A stretch of DNA of 64,000 nt from Candidatus Fraserbacteria bacterium (GTDB taxonomy: Bacteria > Bipolaricaulota > Bipolaricaulia > RBG-16-55-9 > DRXL01). The number at the start of each line of letters is the position of its first letter. The stretch's first letter is position 1. This document shows, piece by piece, positions 10,668-20,381 of the stretch. The notes under the pieces are model-generated. The model was not told where the DNA came from. It was given only the letters and a program-made list of their open reading frames with translations, and searched no databases. The position numbers and the translations under genes were made by a program. Location of the stretch: assembly GCA_947085185.1 (NCBI GenBank), contig CAMTVK010000017.1, positions 1-64,000 on the forward strand. Reading direction: 5' to 3'.

Positions 10668-10757
10668 AGGCGCGGCATTCCTTCACAACAGAGCCCTCTA
10701 CGCGGACACAAAGTCGTCTGGCGCTTCTTTCAAGAAGCAGAACCCAGGAGGTCTGCT

Positions 10758-10842
10758 ATGGCTAGTGTCACCAACACTGATGCTACTGAAGAGCCCGTAC
10801 AGCTTTCAAGGCTTGGGTGAGCAAGGGTTGAAGTGGCTGCTG
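10758..10842 (+). pseudogene. aroF: decayed DAHP synthase (class I-beta) fragment
   Basis: AGGAGG plus ATG at 10758 (stops after 20 codons); out-of-frame SPYSFQGLGEQGLKWL matches the KPRTSPYSFQGLGEEGL motif. Confidence 0.65.
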
Positions 10843-10852
10843 ATGACGATGG

Positions 10853-11446
10853 TCAGCGCACGGGGTTCTCCGGCCCGCGCCCAAGATATTCAGCGAGAAA
10901 TGCCCGGATCGTCAGCACATCGTATCTGTCGAGCTTCAGCATCTTCGTCCACGCTGTCAACACGAAGGGCGCATCAGGCTGAGGGTCAGGATGAGGTACC
11001 ACAACAACGCTGGCCCATGGATCTCGATGGGCTTGCACAAAGCGCGTGAGACTCTGCCGTATTTCGTCGGTGAGCTTGGCTTGGTCGTAATAGATAATGA
11101 CAGCTCCGTGCTCTAAACTGTGCACAAGATTTCCCGCGGGGCGGGGCTCGACGTAGAAGCCCGCCGGTGTGGCCGTCCCATAATGCCGGCCGGACGTGGG
11201 CGGCACAGTGTTATATGTGATCTGGGTGCTGGTGGGAACGTGCTCTGCTCCTTCTGTGGGAAAGGACTGTACGTCTTGAAGCAGCGACGCGTCGCCCCGT
11301 CTGGGCAACGGCTGGGCTTCTAAAGAACTTTGAGAGGTTTGCAAGACCCCGACGACCGCTATCACGCCGAGCGCCCCCACGCCGATTGCCCCCCATAACA
11401 CCCAGCGCAGCCGTCGCCCTGATGCTTGGGCTCTCTTTGCTCTCAC
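10853..11446 (-). CDS. DUF3105 domain membrane-anchored protein
   Basis: N-terminal TM, PPTSGRHY, LVHSLEHGAVIIYY, LTAW. Confidence 0.8.
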   Translation of the reverse strand: MRAKRAQASGRRLRWVLWGAIGVGALGVIAVVGVLQTSQSSLEAQPLPRRGDASLLQDVQSFPTEGAEHVPTSTQITYNTVPPTSGRHYGTATPAGFYVEPRPAGNLVHSLEHGAVIIYYDQAKLTDEIRQSLTRFVQAHRDPWASVVVVPHPDPQPDAPFVLTAWTKMLKLDRYDVLTIRAFLAEYLGRGPENPVR

Positions 11447-12099
11447 TATCTCTCACCCCCGGTGCGTGTCGCTATGATCAGCTTGACGATCCCGCTAGGT
11501 GCTAGGCTCTCTAAATGCTCTATCTTCAGGCCGGCTTGTCGGATGTTCTCGACGGTCTGGCGATTGATATTCGCGCCTGTCAGTCGCACCGCAATGGGGT
11601 TCAAAAGATCGAAGAGTCGGCCCAACCACGGGCTCTCCGGGCGCATGTGTTCTAAGAGTATAACTTTGCCGTCGGGTTTGCAGACGCGCCGCAGCTCGCT
11701 CAGCCCCAACACGGGATCGGGCACCGAACAGAAGACGCACGTCGCGATCACCTCATCAAACGACTCGTCTGGGAACGCGAGCGCTTGGGCGTCCATCTGC
11801 AGGAGCTCGACGGTAGTCCCCAAACGAGCAGCCCGCCGCCGCGCGCGCTCGAGCATTTTATCGCTCAGGTCGATGGCTGTGATGTGAGCATGGGGGGGAT
11901 AGTAAGAAAAGTTCAGACCCGTGCCTACACCAACTTCCAGCATGCGGCCCCCGCTCCTCACATAAGACCATACGCGCCGACGCCAATGGCGCAGAAAGCA
12001 CCATTCCATAGGCGCTTCGATCAGATCATACAACCGCGCTCGGCGGTCGTAGCGTGTTTTCACTAAAGCCGTCGCCGCAGGATCAAGCTTCAAAGACAT
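11446..12099 (-). CDS. class I SAM-dependent methyltransferase (alternative GTG start at 12162)
   Basis: LEVGVGTG, IDLS, MDAQAL, FCSVPDP, LLEH. Confidence 0.9.
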   Translation of the reverse strand: MSLKLDPAATALVKTRYDRRARLYDLIEAPMEWCFLRHWRRRVWSYVRSGGRMLEVGVGTGLNFSYYPPHAHITAIDLSDKMLERARRRAARLGTTVELLQMDAQALAFPDESFDEVIATCVFCSVPDPVLGLSELRRVCKPDGKVILLEHMRPESPWLGRLFDLLNPIAVRLTGANINRQTVENIRQAGLKIEHLESLAPSGIVKLIIATRTGGER

Positions 12100-12166
12100 T
12101 GTTAGTTCTCCGCGATAGTGGATCTGGCCCTCTTGACCATCAGTGTTTGTGCTCCATGACACGCAG

Positions 12167-12391
12167 TCACCTCCTATCCTCGCGCACATCCCGCAAACGC
12201 CTCTTAAAGTATGACATCACGATCGGCATGCTCACGATCATTGAGAGCAGAAAGACCCAGACTGCCCCGCCCACCCGCGCCGTCATAGAATACTCTGGAG
12301 CCGATGCAGCCACGAAGAAGAGTATCGCTACAACGAGCGAGATCCCCGTGTAGACTAGCGCGCTCACCCGAAAGAGCACATGCTCGTTCAT
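12167..12391 (-). CDS. small two-TM membrane protein downstream of copA
   Basis: SD GGAGGTGA, two hydrophobic helices, operon position. Confidence 0.65.
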   Translation of the reverse strand: MNEHVLFRVSALVYTGISLVVAILFFVAASAPEYSMTARVGGAVWVFLLSMIVSMPIVMSYFKRRLRDVREDRR

Positions 12392-12395
12392 CTAT

Positions 12396-14765
12396 TTATT
12401 CACCTCCTGCGGCGGGGGCGGCAGCCGGAACCGGCTGCTTGGCCCCTTCAGGGAGCATCTTGTGGAGCGACGGCCGGAAGCGTTTCAACAAGAGCGTATT
12501 GAGCGTGACCGACACCGAGCTTGTCGCCATGAAGAACGCTGCCAACTCTGGGCTGACTACGATCTTCGCGATGGGATAGAGCAGACCTGCCGCGATGGGA
12601 ATCCCCAAAACATTATAGATGAACGCCCAGAAGAGATTCTGCTTCACTTTGCGCATCGTGGCCTTGGCGATCTCTAGAGCGACGACCACATCGCGAAGAT
12701 CTTCTTTGATGAGAATGACATGCCCGGTTTCTTTCGCGATGTCCGTCCCCGAACCAATAGCTATGCCCACATCAGCTTGGGCGAGCGCTGGGGCATCGTT
12801 GATCCCGTCGCCCACCATGGCGACGCGCTGCCCTTGAGCTTGGAGCTTCTTGATCTCTTCAGCTTTGTCCTGGGGGAGGACTTCAGCTAAGACTCGGTCA
12901 ATCCCAACTTGACGTGCGATGGACTCTGCCGTTCGCTTGTTGTCCCCAGTGATCATAATGACAGAGAGCCCCAACCGATGGAGCTGCTGCACTGCTTCAG
13001 CAGAATACTCTTTCAACGTGTCGGCCACTGCGATCAAGCCTAGGGCCTGTCGGTCTTGAGCCACGAACATCACGGTCTTGCCCTGAGATTCCAACTCTGC
13101 GGCTTTGCCCAACAGAGCTGAGATATCTACGCCGCGCTCGTGCATGAGCTTGCGATTGCCCAGTAAAATCTCGCTGTTCTCATGGTGAGCTTCAACGCCG
13201 TGTCCTGGAATGGCATTGAAGCTCTTTGCCGGGACGATCTCCAACTTGCGCTCCTGGGCGGCGCGCACGATGGCCTCGCCCAAAGGGTGCTCAGAGTTCT
13301 TCTCGGCGATGGCCGCCAGGCGCAGCACCTCAGCTTCAGATGCCCCCTCCCGCGCGATCACATCCGTGACCGAGGGCTCGCCCTTGGTGAGCGTGCCCGT
13401 CTTGTCGAAGACAATAGTTGTCAACTTGCTTGCCGCTTCGATGGCGTCAGCGCCCTTGAAGAGCACCCCATGTTCGGCGGCCTTGCCCGTGCCGGCCATC
13501 ATCGCGCTGGGGGTTGCTAACCCCACCGCGCACGGACAGGAGATCACCAAGACCGTGATCGAGAGCAACAGCGAAAACCCGAAGACCCCGATCTCGCCAA
13601 GCTTGTGGGGACTGAGCAGAAAGCTCGTATGGGGATCGAAGAAATACTTATATCCCGCAAAGAACCAGAAGAGGAAGACGAGCAACGCCAAGGCGTGTAC
13701 CCCTAAGATAAAGTGCCCCGCGACCCAGTCGGCTAGTTTCTGAATGGGTGCTTTCGAGGTCTGCGCATCTTCGACTAATTTAATAATCTGTGCCAGGGCC
13801 GTCTCCCCTCCGACCTTGGTCGCTCGAAACTGAAAAGCCCCGGTCTTGTTGAGGGTGCCGCCGATCACTTCATCGCCGGCCTTCTTTTCTACGGGCATGG
13901 ACTCCCCTGTGACCATGGACTCGTCTACAGCCGAATAGCCCTCCAAGACGACGCCGTCCACGGGGATGCGCTCGCCAGGACGCACGATCACGATATCCCC
14001 GACTTGCACAGCTTCAGCGGGGATCTCGCGCTCGCTTCCATCGCGCAGGACGCGCGCGATCTTGGGCTGCAAACTCATGAGCTTGCGAATAGCTTCGCTG
14101 GTGCGCCCGCGGGTGAGCGCCTCCAAGAAGCGCCCCAGCACGATAAATGTCGTCAGCAACGCCGCAGACTCATAGAACATCGCGCCCTCGCCGCCAAAGC
14201 CTGCCGTAGGCCAGAGCGTGTTGATCACTGCGATGAGATAGGCCGCGCCGATCCCTGTCGCATACAAGAGATTCATATCGGTGACCCCGGCGCGCAGCCC
14301 ACGCCAGCTATTGACGAAGAACTGCCGCCCCGGCCCAAAGACGACGGGTGTCGTCAGCAGCCCCAAGAGAAACTTATTGCCGAGCCATTCCGGCACAAAG
14401 TACGGGAGGATCCAATAGTCCCGGAACGTCCCGAGCATAATAATTACGCTCAACGGCGTGGCGAACGCTAAAGAGAGTCCTTGGCGCTTGATCTCTCTGT
14501 GGCGGGCCTCGCGCTCGCGATCGAGGGCTTCAGCCCTCTCATCCACCGGGACAGCCTCATAGCCCACCTCCTGGACGGCTTGTGCCATCTGCTCGAGCGA
14601 GACTTTGGTGGGATCATACTCGACCTTGGCCGTGCCTGTGGCAAGATTCACAAGCGCTTGAGAGACCCCCGGCAGCTCACGCAGCGCCTGCTCCACATGA
14701 GCCACGCATGAGGCGCACGTCATCCCTCGGACTTGCAGAGTTCTACGCTCTGTCTGGTGTGCCAT
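12396..14765 (-). CDS. copA: Cu(I)-exporting P1B-1 ATPase
   Basis: GMTCASC HMA domain, CPC, DKTGT, YN in TM7, MATSS in TM8. Confidence 0.95.
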   Translation of the reverse strand: MAHQTERRTLQVRGMTCASCVAHVEQALRELPGVSQALVNLATGTAKVEYDPTKVSLEQMAQAVQEVGYEAVPVDERAEALDREREARHREIKRQGLSLAFATPLSVIIMLGTFRDYWILPYFVPEWLGNKFLLGLLTTPVVFGPGRQFFVNSWRGLRAGVTDMNLLYATGIGAAYLIAVINTLWPTAGFGGEGAMFYESAALLTTFIVLGRFLEALTRGRTSEAIRKLMSLQPKIARVLRDGSEREIPAEAVQVGDIVIVRPGERIPVDGVVLEGYSAVDESMVTGESMPVEKKAGDEVIGGTLNKTGAFQFRATKVGGETALAQIIKLVEDAQTSKAPIQKLADWVAGHFILGVHALALLVFLFWFFAGYKYFFDPHTSFLLSPHKLGEIGVFGFSLLLSITVLVISCPCAVGLATPSAMMAGTGKAAEHGVLFKGADAIEAASKLTTIVFDKTGTLTKGEPSVTDVIAREGASEAEVLRLAAIAEKNSEHPLGEAIVRAAQERKLEIVPAKSFNAIPGHGVEAHHENSEILLGNRKLMHERGVDISALLGKAAELESQGKTVMFVAQDRQALGLIAVADTLKEYSAEAVQQLHRLGLSVIMITGDNKRTAESIARQVGIDRVLAEVLPQDKAEEIKKLQAQGQRVAMVGDGINDAPALAQADVGIAIGSGTDIAKETGHVILIKEDLRDVVVALEIAKATMRKVKQNLFWAFIYNVLGIPIAAGLLYPIAKIVVSPELAAFFMATSSVSVTLNTLLLKRFRPSLHKMLPEGAKQPVPAAAPAAGGE

Positions 14766-14856
14766 GAATCTTCACCTCGCTTGGTTGTGTAACGTTTCCT
14801 TGGCTCGATTTTCGTCAATTAGTGACGATCTGGCCCTCGGCACCTTCTTCTTAATT

Positions 14857-14919
14857 CCACCCCAGGGGGGGAGGGATCGTCTGACTTTTTAGTATAACAC
14901 CCCTTTCCCCCTCTGTCAA
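14857..14919 (-). promoter_or_regulatory. copA promoter with G/C-tract (CsoR-type) operator candidates
   Basis: TTGACA (14919-14914), 17 bp, TG-extended TATACT (14896-14891); G-tract spacer and downstream CCCCCCCTGGGGTGG. Confidence 0.65.
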
Positions 14920-15076
14920 GTCTGTGCGGTCCCTGCGCCACGAGATCGTTACCAGGGGGAGGTGTGGAAATGGCTCAAGAGAGCGGGCATCCTCTCAGGG
15001 GCACGACACACCAGTGAATCAATTTGACCGATATTCTCTTGACTCCATCAACGTTTTTTATTACACTGAAGTCGTC

Positions 15077-15985
15077 ATGAACGACGCCAAATCGCGCTTC
15101 GCTCTACTTTCGGTGGGGGCAGCGTTGGCTACACTTACTCTCAAATTCATAGCGTACGCGCTCACCGGCTCCGTGGGGATTCTCTCTGATGCTCTGGAGT
15201 CCCTCATCAATCTCGCCAGCGCGCTCATCGCGCTGATGGCGCTGAAGATCGCCTCCCGCCCAGCAGACAAGACCCATCCCTACGGCCACGACAAAGCTGA
15301 ATACTTTTCGAGTGGCGTCGAAGGCACTCTTATTCTCTCGGCAGCGGCGAGCATCGCCTATGCGGCGATCCGGCGCTTGCTCCATCCTGTCCCCCTCGAA
15401 CAACTCAGTTGGGGATTGGTCGTCGCGGGCAGTGCTTCACTGCTCAATTTTGTGGTAGCCCGCGCTTTGCTGGGCGCCTCCAGGCGCTATGATTCGATCA
15501 CCCTTGAAGCCGATGCAAAACACTTATTGACCGACGTCTGGACGAGCGTCGGGGTGATCGCAGGGCTGCTCGCTTTGTCTCTTACGGGCTGGCAGTGGCT
15601 CGATCCCGTGATCGCGCTCGCGGTCGCCGGGCATATTATTATTACTGGAGTCAGCTTAGTCCGTCGCTCGATAGACGGCTTGATGGATTATAATTTACCC
15701 GCTGCCGAGCTGGCTCATCTGGAAGAGATCCTCAAGAGCCATCAAGATCAGTTTGTTGCGTATCATCGGGTGCGGGCGCGCAAGTCCGGCTCACGACGCT
15801 TCATTGATCTGCACTTGGTTGTGCCAGGCCAGCAGACAGTCCAAGCGGCCCATGATCTCTGTGAGCACTTAGAGACCAAGATCGAGGCTGTTCTGCCCAA
15901 CGCCAGCGTGACCATTCACGTTGAGCCCGCCGAAGACGCTGCCTCGTGGGACGAAGAAGAGCATCAGACTCTAGCTCTGCACTGA
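15077..15985 (+). CDS. cation diffusion facilitator (FieF-like)
   Basis: SDALES, HPYGHDKAE, ADAKHLLTD, IHVEP. Confidence 0.92.
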   Translation: MNDAKSRFALLSVGAALATLTLKFIAYALTGSVGILSDALESLINLASALIALMALKIASRPADKTHPYGHDKAEYFSSGVEGTLILSAAASIAYAAIRRLLHPVPLEQLSWGLVVAGSASLLNFVVARALLGASRRYDSITLEADAKHLLTDVWTSVGVIAGLLALSLTGWQWLDPVIALAVAGHIIITGVSLVRRSIDGLMDYNLPAAELAHLEEILKSHQDQFVAYHRVRARKSGSRRFIDLHLVVPGQQTVQAAHDLCEHLETKIEAVLPNASVTIHVEPAEDAASWDEEEHQTLALH

Positions 15986-16963
15986 GATCTCTCCAGCAAC
16001 TGCCCTCAACGCTTGCTTGACCAGCCCCTGAGTCAATGGCACTTTATACGCATTATCCCGCAACGGTTGCGCCCCGGCAACGGCCGCCTCAGCAGCCTGC
16101 TGAGCAAGCTCCTCAGACAACTTCTGCCCAACTAGGATTTTTTCGCTGTCTTTAGCGCGCCAGGGAATCGCTGCGACCCCTCCTAAGACCAAGCGAGCAT
16201 CAACGATGCGCTCGCCCTCAAAGCTCATGTGCGCGGCCACGCTCACCAGCGCGAACGACCAGCTCTGACGCTCCATCGCCTTCAGATAGACTCCTCGTGC
16301 ACCCTCTTTGGGAGTGGGCACGCGGATCTCCGTAATCAGTTCTCCTGGCCCTAAAATCGTCATGTGGCGATGGCTTTCTGTGGGCTTGGTGTAGAGTTCT
16401 TCGAGGGAGATCTCGCCGTCGAGATCAGGCCCCACGACGCGCAGCGTCGCATCGAGCGCGATCAGAGCTGGGGCGAGATCCGACGGATGCACGGCGTGAC
16501 AGCGATCCGCCCCCAAGATCGCGTGATATCTATTTTCGCCGTCTTCGGCGAAGCACTTCTCGCCACCCTTGAGCCAACACCGAAAGAGCTTGTTGCGATA
16601 GTACCAGCATCGGGGCTTTTGGCAGAGATTGCCTCCCACTGTGCCCAGGTGTCGTAGCTGGGGCGTCGCTGCCGATGAAGCTGCTTGGGCCAGCAGAGAG
16701 AATCTCTCTCGAATGACGGGGTGGTGTTCGATCTGGGCAAGCGTCACGAGCGCCCCGATCTTCAGACCAGATTTTTGGCTATAGCTGATCTGGCGAAGCT
16801 GAGAGAGCGTCTTGAGGTTCACCAAGCGCTTGGGGCTGCGCACACGGGCTTTCAGCTCGCCCAGAAGATCTGTGCCGCCTGCGATGGCCTCTGCGGAAGC
16901 TTCGCGTAGCAACGCCACAGCGGTCTTGATATCCGGAGCATTGACGTGCTCAAAGCTGCGCAT
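15971..16963 (-). CDS. xanthine dehydrogenase family FAD-binding subunit (PaoB/YagS-like, with Cys-rich insert)
   Basis: AGGTDL, TVGGNLCQKPRCWYYR, CHAVHPSD. Confidence 0.9.
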   Translation of the reverse strand: MRSFEHVNAPDIKTAVALLREASAEAIAGGTDLLGELKARVRSPKRLVNLKTLSQLRQISYSQKSGLKIGALVTLAQIEHHPVIRERFSLLAQAASSAATPQLRHLGTVGGNLCQKPRCWYYRNKLFRCWLKGGEKCFAEDGENRYHAILGADRCHAVHPSDLAPALIALDATLRVVGPDLDGEISLEELYTKPTESHRHMTILGPGELITEIRVPTPKEGARGVYLKAMERQSWSFALVSVAAHMSFEGERIVDARLVLGGVAAIPWRAKDSEKILVGQKLSEELAQQAAEAAVAGAQPLRDNAYKVPLTQGLVKQALRAVAGEISVQS

Positions 16964-16968
16964 AGATC

Positions 16969-19248
16969 TTACTCCTTCCCTAACGCTTTGAGAACCCTAT
17001 CGCGCGTGATGGGAAGCTCAAAGATTCTCACGCCTAACGCATCGGCGACGGCGTTCGCAATGGCTGCGGCCGTGGGAATGATCGGCGGCTCCCCGACCCC
17101 CTTGGCCCCTAAATTATTTGCCCTAAGATCAGGACGATCTATCATATCACAGAGGATCTCCGGAACGTCCAGCACTGTGGGTATCTTATAATGCTCTAAG
17201 TTCCCGTTCACGACGATGCCCGTGTTTCTATCCATGACGCGCTGCTCATAGAGCGCATACCCCAACCCTTGAATAATCCCACCCTCAACCTGACTGGAGA
17301 GCGTCAAGGGATTGATCACTCGGCCGGAATCGTGTAGCGCTACGATGCGCTCGACTTTCACTGCGCCCGTCTCTGGGTCTACTGTGACTTCAGCAAACTG
17401 AGCACCAAACGTATTTACTGTGACGTCTTGGGGGTTGGGCTCGCGAGCCCCACGCCCAATGATCATAAAATTCTCAAGGTTTTTAAGGACTTCTTGCACA
17501 GTGATGGGCTCCTTCAGCGCTGGACTCTTCAGACGACCGTCTGAGATTGTGAGCGACTCGCGCGGCACTTCGAGCACTTGTGCCGCGACCTCAAGGAGCT
17601 GCTGGCGCGCGTCGTGCGCAGCCATGCGCACCGCCGGACCAACGCTTGCGACCGTCATACTGCCCGCACTCAACGGCGCATACAGCCCAGTCTGGGTATC
17701 GCCGATCTCGACGGAGATCTTTTCCATGGGAAAGCCCAGCTCTTCGGCAGCGATCTGGGCGAGCACGGTCTTAGTGCCCGTGCCGATGTCTTGCGTCCCG
17801 GTGATCACGGTGGCAGAGCCGTCAGGGTTGATCTTGACGAGTGCGTAAGCTGGGGGCATGCCGTTGCCGCTCCAGATCTGCGAAGCCATGCCAAAGCCCC
17901 GGCGGAATCGTCCCGAAGACTCAGGGCGCTTGGGCCACCCAAAGAGCTTGGCCCCACGTTCATAGCACTCTCTAAGCCCCTTGGTCGAGTAGGGCCGCCC
18001 CGTCGTCTGATCGAACTCTGCGTAATTCTTCAGTCTGAGCTCAAGGGGGTCTAGCGCTAATTTTTTAGCGAGCTCGTCCATCAGAGACTCTAACGCGAAC
18101 GTCCCCTCAACGTAGCCGGGGGCGCGAAACGCCGACAGCGGCCCGGTGTTCGTAAATACTGTGTACTGAGCAGTCTTCACGTTGGGACAGAGATAGAGCT
18201 CTCGCGCTGGCCCGCCAAGCGATGGTGGCCACAGACAGTATGCCCCCGCAGCGACGAGCGCTTTCAGCTCCAATGCCGTGAGCGTGCCGTCGTGCTTGGC
18301 TCCGATCTTGAGATGCTGCACACTCGAGGGTCGGTTGCCCGCAGCGAGATTCTCTTCATGGCGATCGAGTATAATCTTGACGGGGCGCCCCGTGACTTTT
18401 GCCCCCAGCGCGGCGATCACCGTGTATTTCCCCAAATTATTCTTGCTGCCAAAGCCGCCGCCCATGTACTTTTTGATCACTCGGACTTTATGCAAGGGCA
18501 GCCCAAGAAGACGCGCCAGTCCCTCGCGCACCCCAAAGATATGCTGCGTCGAGTCCCATACTGTGAGAGTATCCCCTTCCCACAAGGCGACGCTGCCGTG
18601 AGGCTCCATGCAGTTATGAAGGGCACACTGAGTGCGAAAAGTCCCCTCGACGATCACATGGGCTTCGGCCCAGCCCCGATTCAGATCGCCGCGCTCGTAG
18701 ACTTCCGGCTCGCCGTTGAGCAGATTCCCCCAGGAGTGGACCTTGGGAGCATCGGGCTGAAGGGCTTCTTCAGGATCGAGCACAAACGGCAAGGGCTCGT
18801 ACTCGACTTCGATCAGCTCCAGCGCGTCTTGGGCGATCTCTTCCGAGTCGGCGATGACACACGCGACTTCGTCGCCGACGTAGCGCACGATCTCGTCGAA
18901 GAGAAACGTCTGGCGCCGAAATGAGATCTTGGGAGTATTGTGAGAGCTGAGCACGGCGCGCACGCCGGGAAGCTTTTCGGCTCTGTGTGTATCGATCTTT
19001 TTGATCTTCGCGTGCGGGTGCGGGCTGCGCAAGATCTTCCCGTAGAGCATCCCCGGAAGCTGCACGTCGCACGTATAGAGCGCTTTCCCGGTGGCGCGCT
19101 CTGGGCCATCAATTCTTGAGATGCCCTTGCCCACGAATTTGAGAGGGGCATGGGGTTCCCAGGGCTCAAGCCCCTCGCCCTCCACGACCACGTACTCCTC
19201 AAGAGTGCGCCCCTCAAACTCCGTCTTAGTCTTTATGACTTTGGGCAT
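16969..19248 (-). CDS. xanthine dehydrogenase family molybdopterin-binding subunit (PaoC/YagR-like)
   Basis: GGGFGSK, FRAPG, QDIGTG, SQVEGG, AKGVGE. Confidence 0.92.
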   Translation of the reverse strand: MPKVIKTKTEFEGRTLEEYVVVEGEGLEPWEPHAPLKFVGKGISRIDGPERATGKALYTCDVQLPGMLYGKILRSPHPHAKIKKIDTHRAEKLPGVRAVLSSHNTPKISFRRQTFLFDEIVRYVGDEVACVIADSEEIAQDALELIEVEYEPLPFVLDPEEALQPDAPKVHSWGNLLNGEPEVYERGDLNRGWAEAHVIVEGTFRTQCALHNCMEPHGSVALWEGDTLTVWDSTQHIFGVREGLARLLGLPLHKVRVIKKYMGGGFGSKNNLGKYTVIAALGAKVTGRPVKIILDRHEENLAAGNRPSSVQHLKIGAKHDGTLTALELKALVAAGAYCLWPPSLGGPARELYLCPNVKTAQYTVFTNTGPLSAFRAPGYVEGTFALESLMDELAKKLALDPLELRLKNYAEFDQTTGRPYSTKGLRECYERGAKLFGWPKRPESSGRFRRGFGMASQIWSGNGMPPAYALVKINPDGSATVITGTQDIGTGTKTVLAQIAAEELGFPMEKISVEIGDTQTGLYAPLSAGSMTVASVGPAVRMAAHDARQQLLEVAAQVLEVPRESLTISDGRLKSPALKEPITVQEVLKNLENFMIIGRGAREPNPQDVTVNTFGAQFAEVTVDPETGAVKVERIVALHDSGRVINPLTLSSQVEGGIIQGLGYALYEQRVMDRNTGIVVNGNLEHYKIPTVLDVPEILCDMIDRPDLRANNLGAKGVGEPPIIPTAAAIANAVADALGVRIFELPITRDRVLKALGKE

Positions 19249-19786
19249 ACGTATCTCCCTGGGCTTTCTCTAACAATTCTGCTGCGCGCAAGGCTGCTTT
19301 TACAATCTTCAGGTATGCTCCGCAGCGGCAGAGATTTCCCGACAGGGCGCGCTTGACTTCATCGAGCGTCGGCTTGGGATTGGAGTCGAGCAGCGCCTTG
19401 ACGGCCATGATCTGCCCTGGGGTGCAGAAGCCACACTGGAGCGCGTCTTCTTCTATAAATGCTTGCTGGATGGGATGGAGCTTCCCAGCTTGAGCAAGAC
19501 CTTCGATCGTCTCGAGAGATCTTCCGTCGCACTCGATAGCTAAAGCCATGCACGCATAAATGGGCTTGCCATCGAGTAAGACTGTGCACGCCCCGCAGGT
19601 GCCCTCATCGCAGGCGTTTTTCGCGCCGGTGAGCCCTAGATCCTTGCGTAGAGTATCCAAGAGCGTGCGGCGGGGCTCGACGAGCACTTCGTGCGCTTGG
19701 CCGTTGACAATCAACTGGATTTGGGTCTTCCCTGGGCCACGAACAGTAACTTTGAGTCTCTTCGGACGGGCGGCCTTGGTCGCCAT
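19226..19786 (-). CDS. (2Fe-2S)-binding subunit (PaoA/YagT-like)
   Basis: CDEGTCGAC, QCGFCTPG, NLCRC. Confidence 0.93.
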   Translation of the reverse strand: MATKAARPKRLKVTVRGPGKTQIQLIVNGQAHEVLVEPRRTLLDTLRKDLGLTGAKNACDEGTCGACTVLLDGKPIYACMALAIECDGRSLETIEGLAQAGKLHPIQQAFIEEDALQCGFCTPGQIMAVKALLDSNPKPTLDEVKRALSGNLCRCGAYLKIVKAALRAAELLEKAQGDTYAQSHKD

Positions 19787-19794
19787 AGTCCTCC

Positions 19795-20052
19795 TTATTG
19801 ACGATACACATCGCGTCGCAATCCAATATGCAGCACAACGACGGTGCGTTGCTTGTCATCTATCTCGTAGATTACACGATACTTACCCACACGAATTCGC
19901 CACCCTTCGCGAGCGGTTAGCTTGAGACAACCACGTGGTCTAGGATTCCGTCCCAGATTAAAGATCGCATCTCGAACACGATTGTACTCTTCCTTGGGCA
20001 ACCGGGCCAGCTCTCTTTGAGCTCGTCGTGTAATAAAGACATCGTAGCTCAT
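19795..20052 (-). CDS. RelE/ParE family toxin
   Basis: NPRPRGCLKL, WRIRVGKYRVIYEID, IGLRRDVY. Confidence 0.9.
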   Translation of the reverse strand: MSYDVFITRRAQRELARLPKEEYNRVRDAIFNLGRNPRPRGCLKLTAREGWRIRVGKYRVIYEIDDKQRTVVVLHIGLRRDVYRQ

Positions 20053-20282
20053 CGGCGCTTTTTCTCGATCTCCGCTACTGCCTGCTCAAAAGGGATGACC
20101 TCATCGGCTTCGGCTTTGGCTATATCATACGCGCGGATAGCTTCTAACTCTTCAAGCTCCTCTAACAGATGACGGTATTCATCCATTCCCAAAAGCACAC
20201 CGAGCCGGTTGCCCTGCTCATCTACTATGAAACGCTCTTTGAAGCTTTGAGACTTCTTCGGACGGGCGGCCTTGGTTGCCAT
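20049..20282 (-). CDS. putative antitoxin (RelB-like, acidic C-terminus)
   Basis: FIVDEQGNRLGVLL...EELEELEAIRAY; 4-nt overlap with the toxin gene; SD GGAGG. Confidence 0.8.
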   Translation of the reverse strand: MATKAARPKKSQSFKERFIVDEQGNRLGVLLGMDEYRHLLEELEELEAIRAYDIAKAEADEVIPFEQAVAEIEKKRR

Positions 20283-20381
20283 AAGAACCTCCAACACAGA
20301 GTATAGTCAAGCCCTGCTCTGCCGTCAATGGCTCTTGGCGATCTGCTTGCTGAGCTCGGCCCCAGACGCTATAATCTCGCC

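Noticed and set aside
10758..10860. Selenocysteine readthrough at TGA 10818-10820
   Set aside because: The downstream frame has no recognisable selenoprotein motif and runs antisense into DUF3105; the aroF-fragment explanation fits better.
12140..12157. Micro-ORF MEHKH after a strong SD
   Set aside because: The same SD is better spaced for the in-frame GTG (12162) of the methyltransferase; too short to support.
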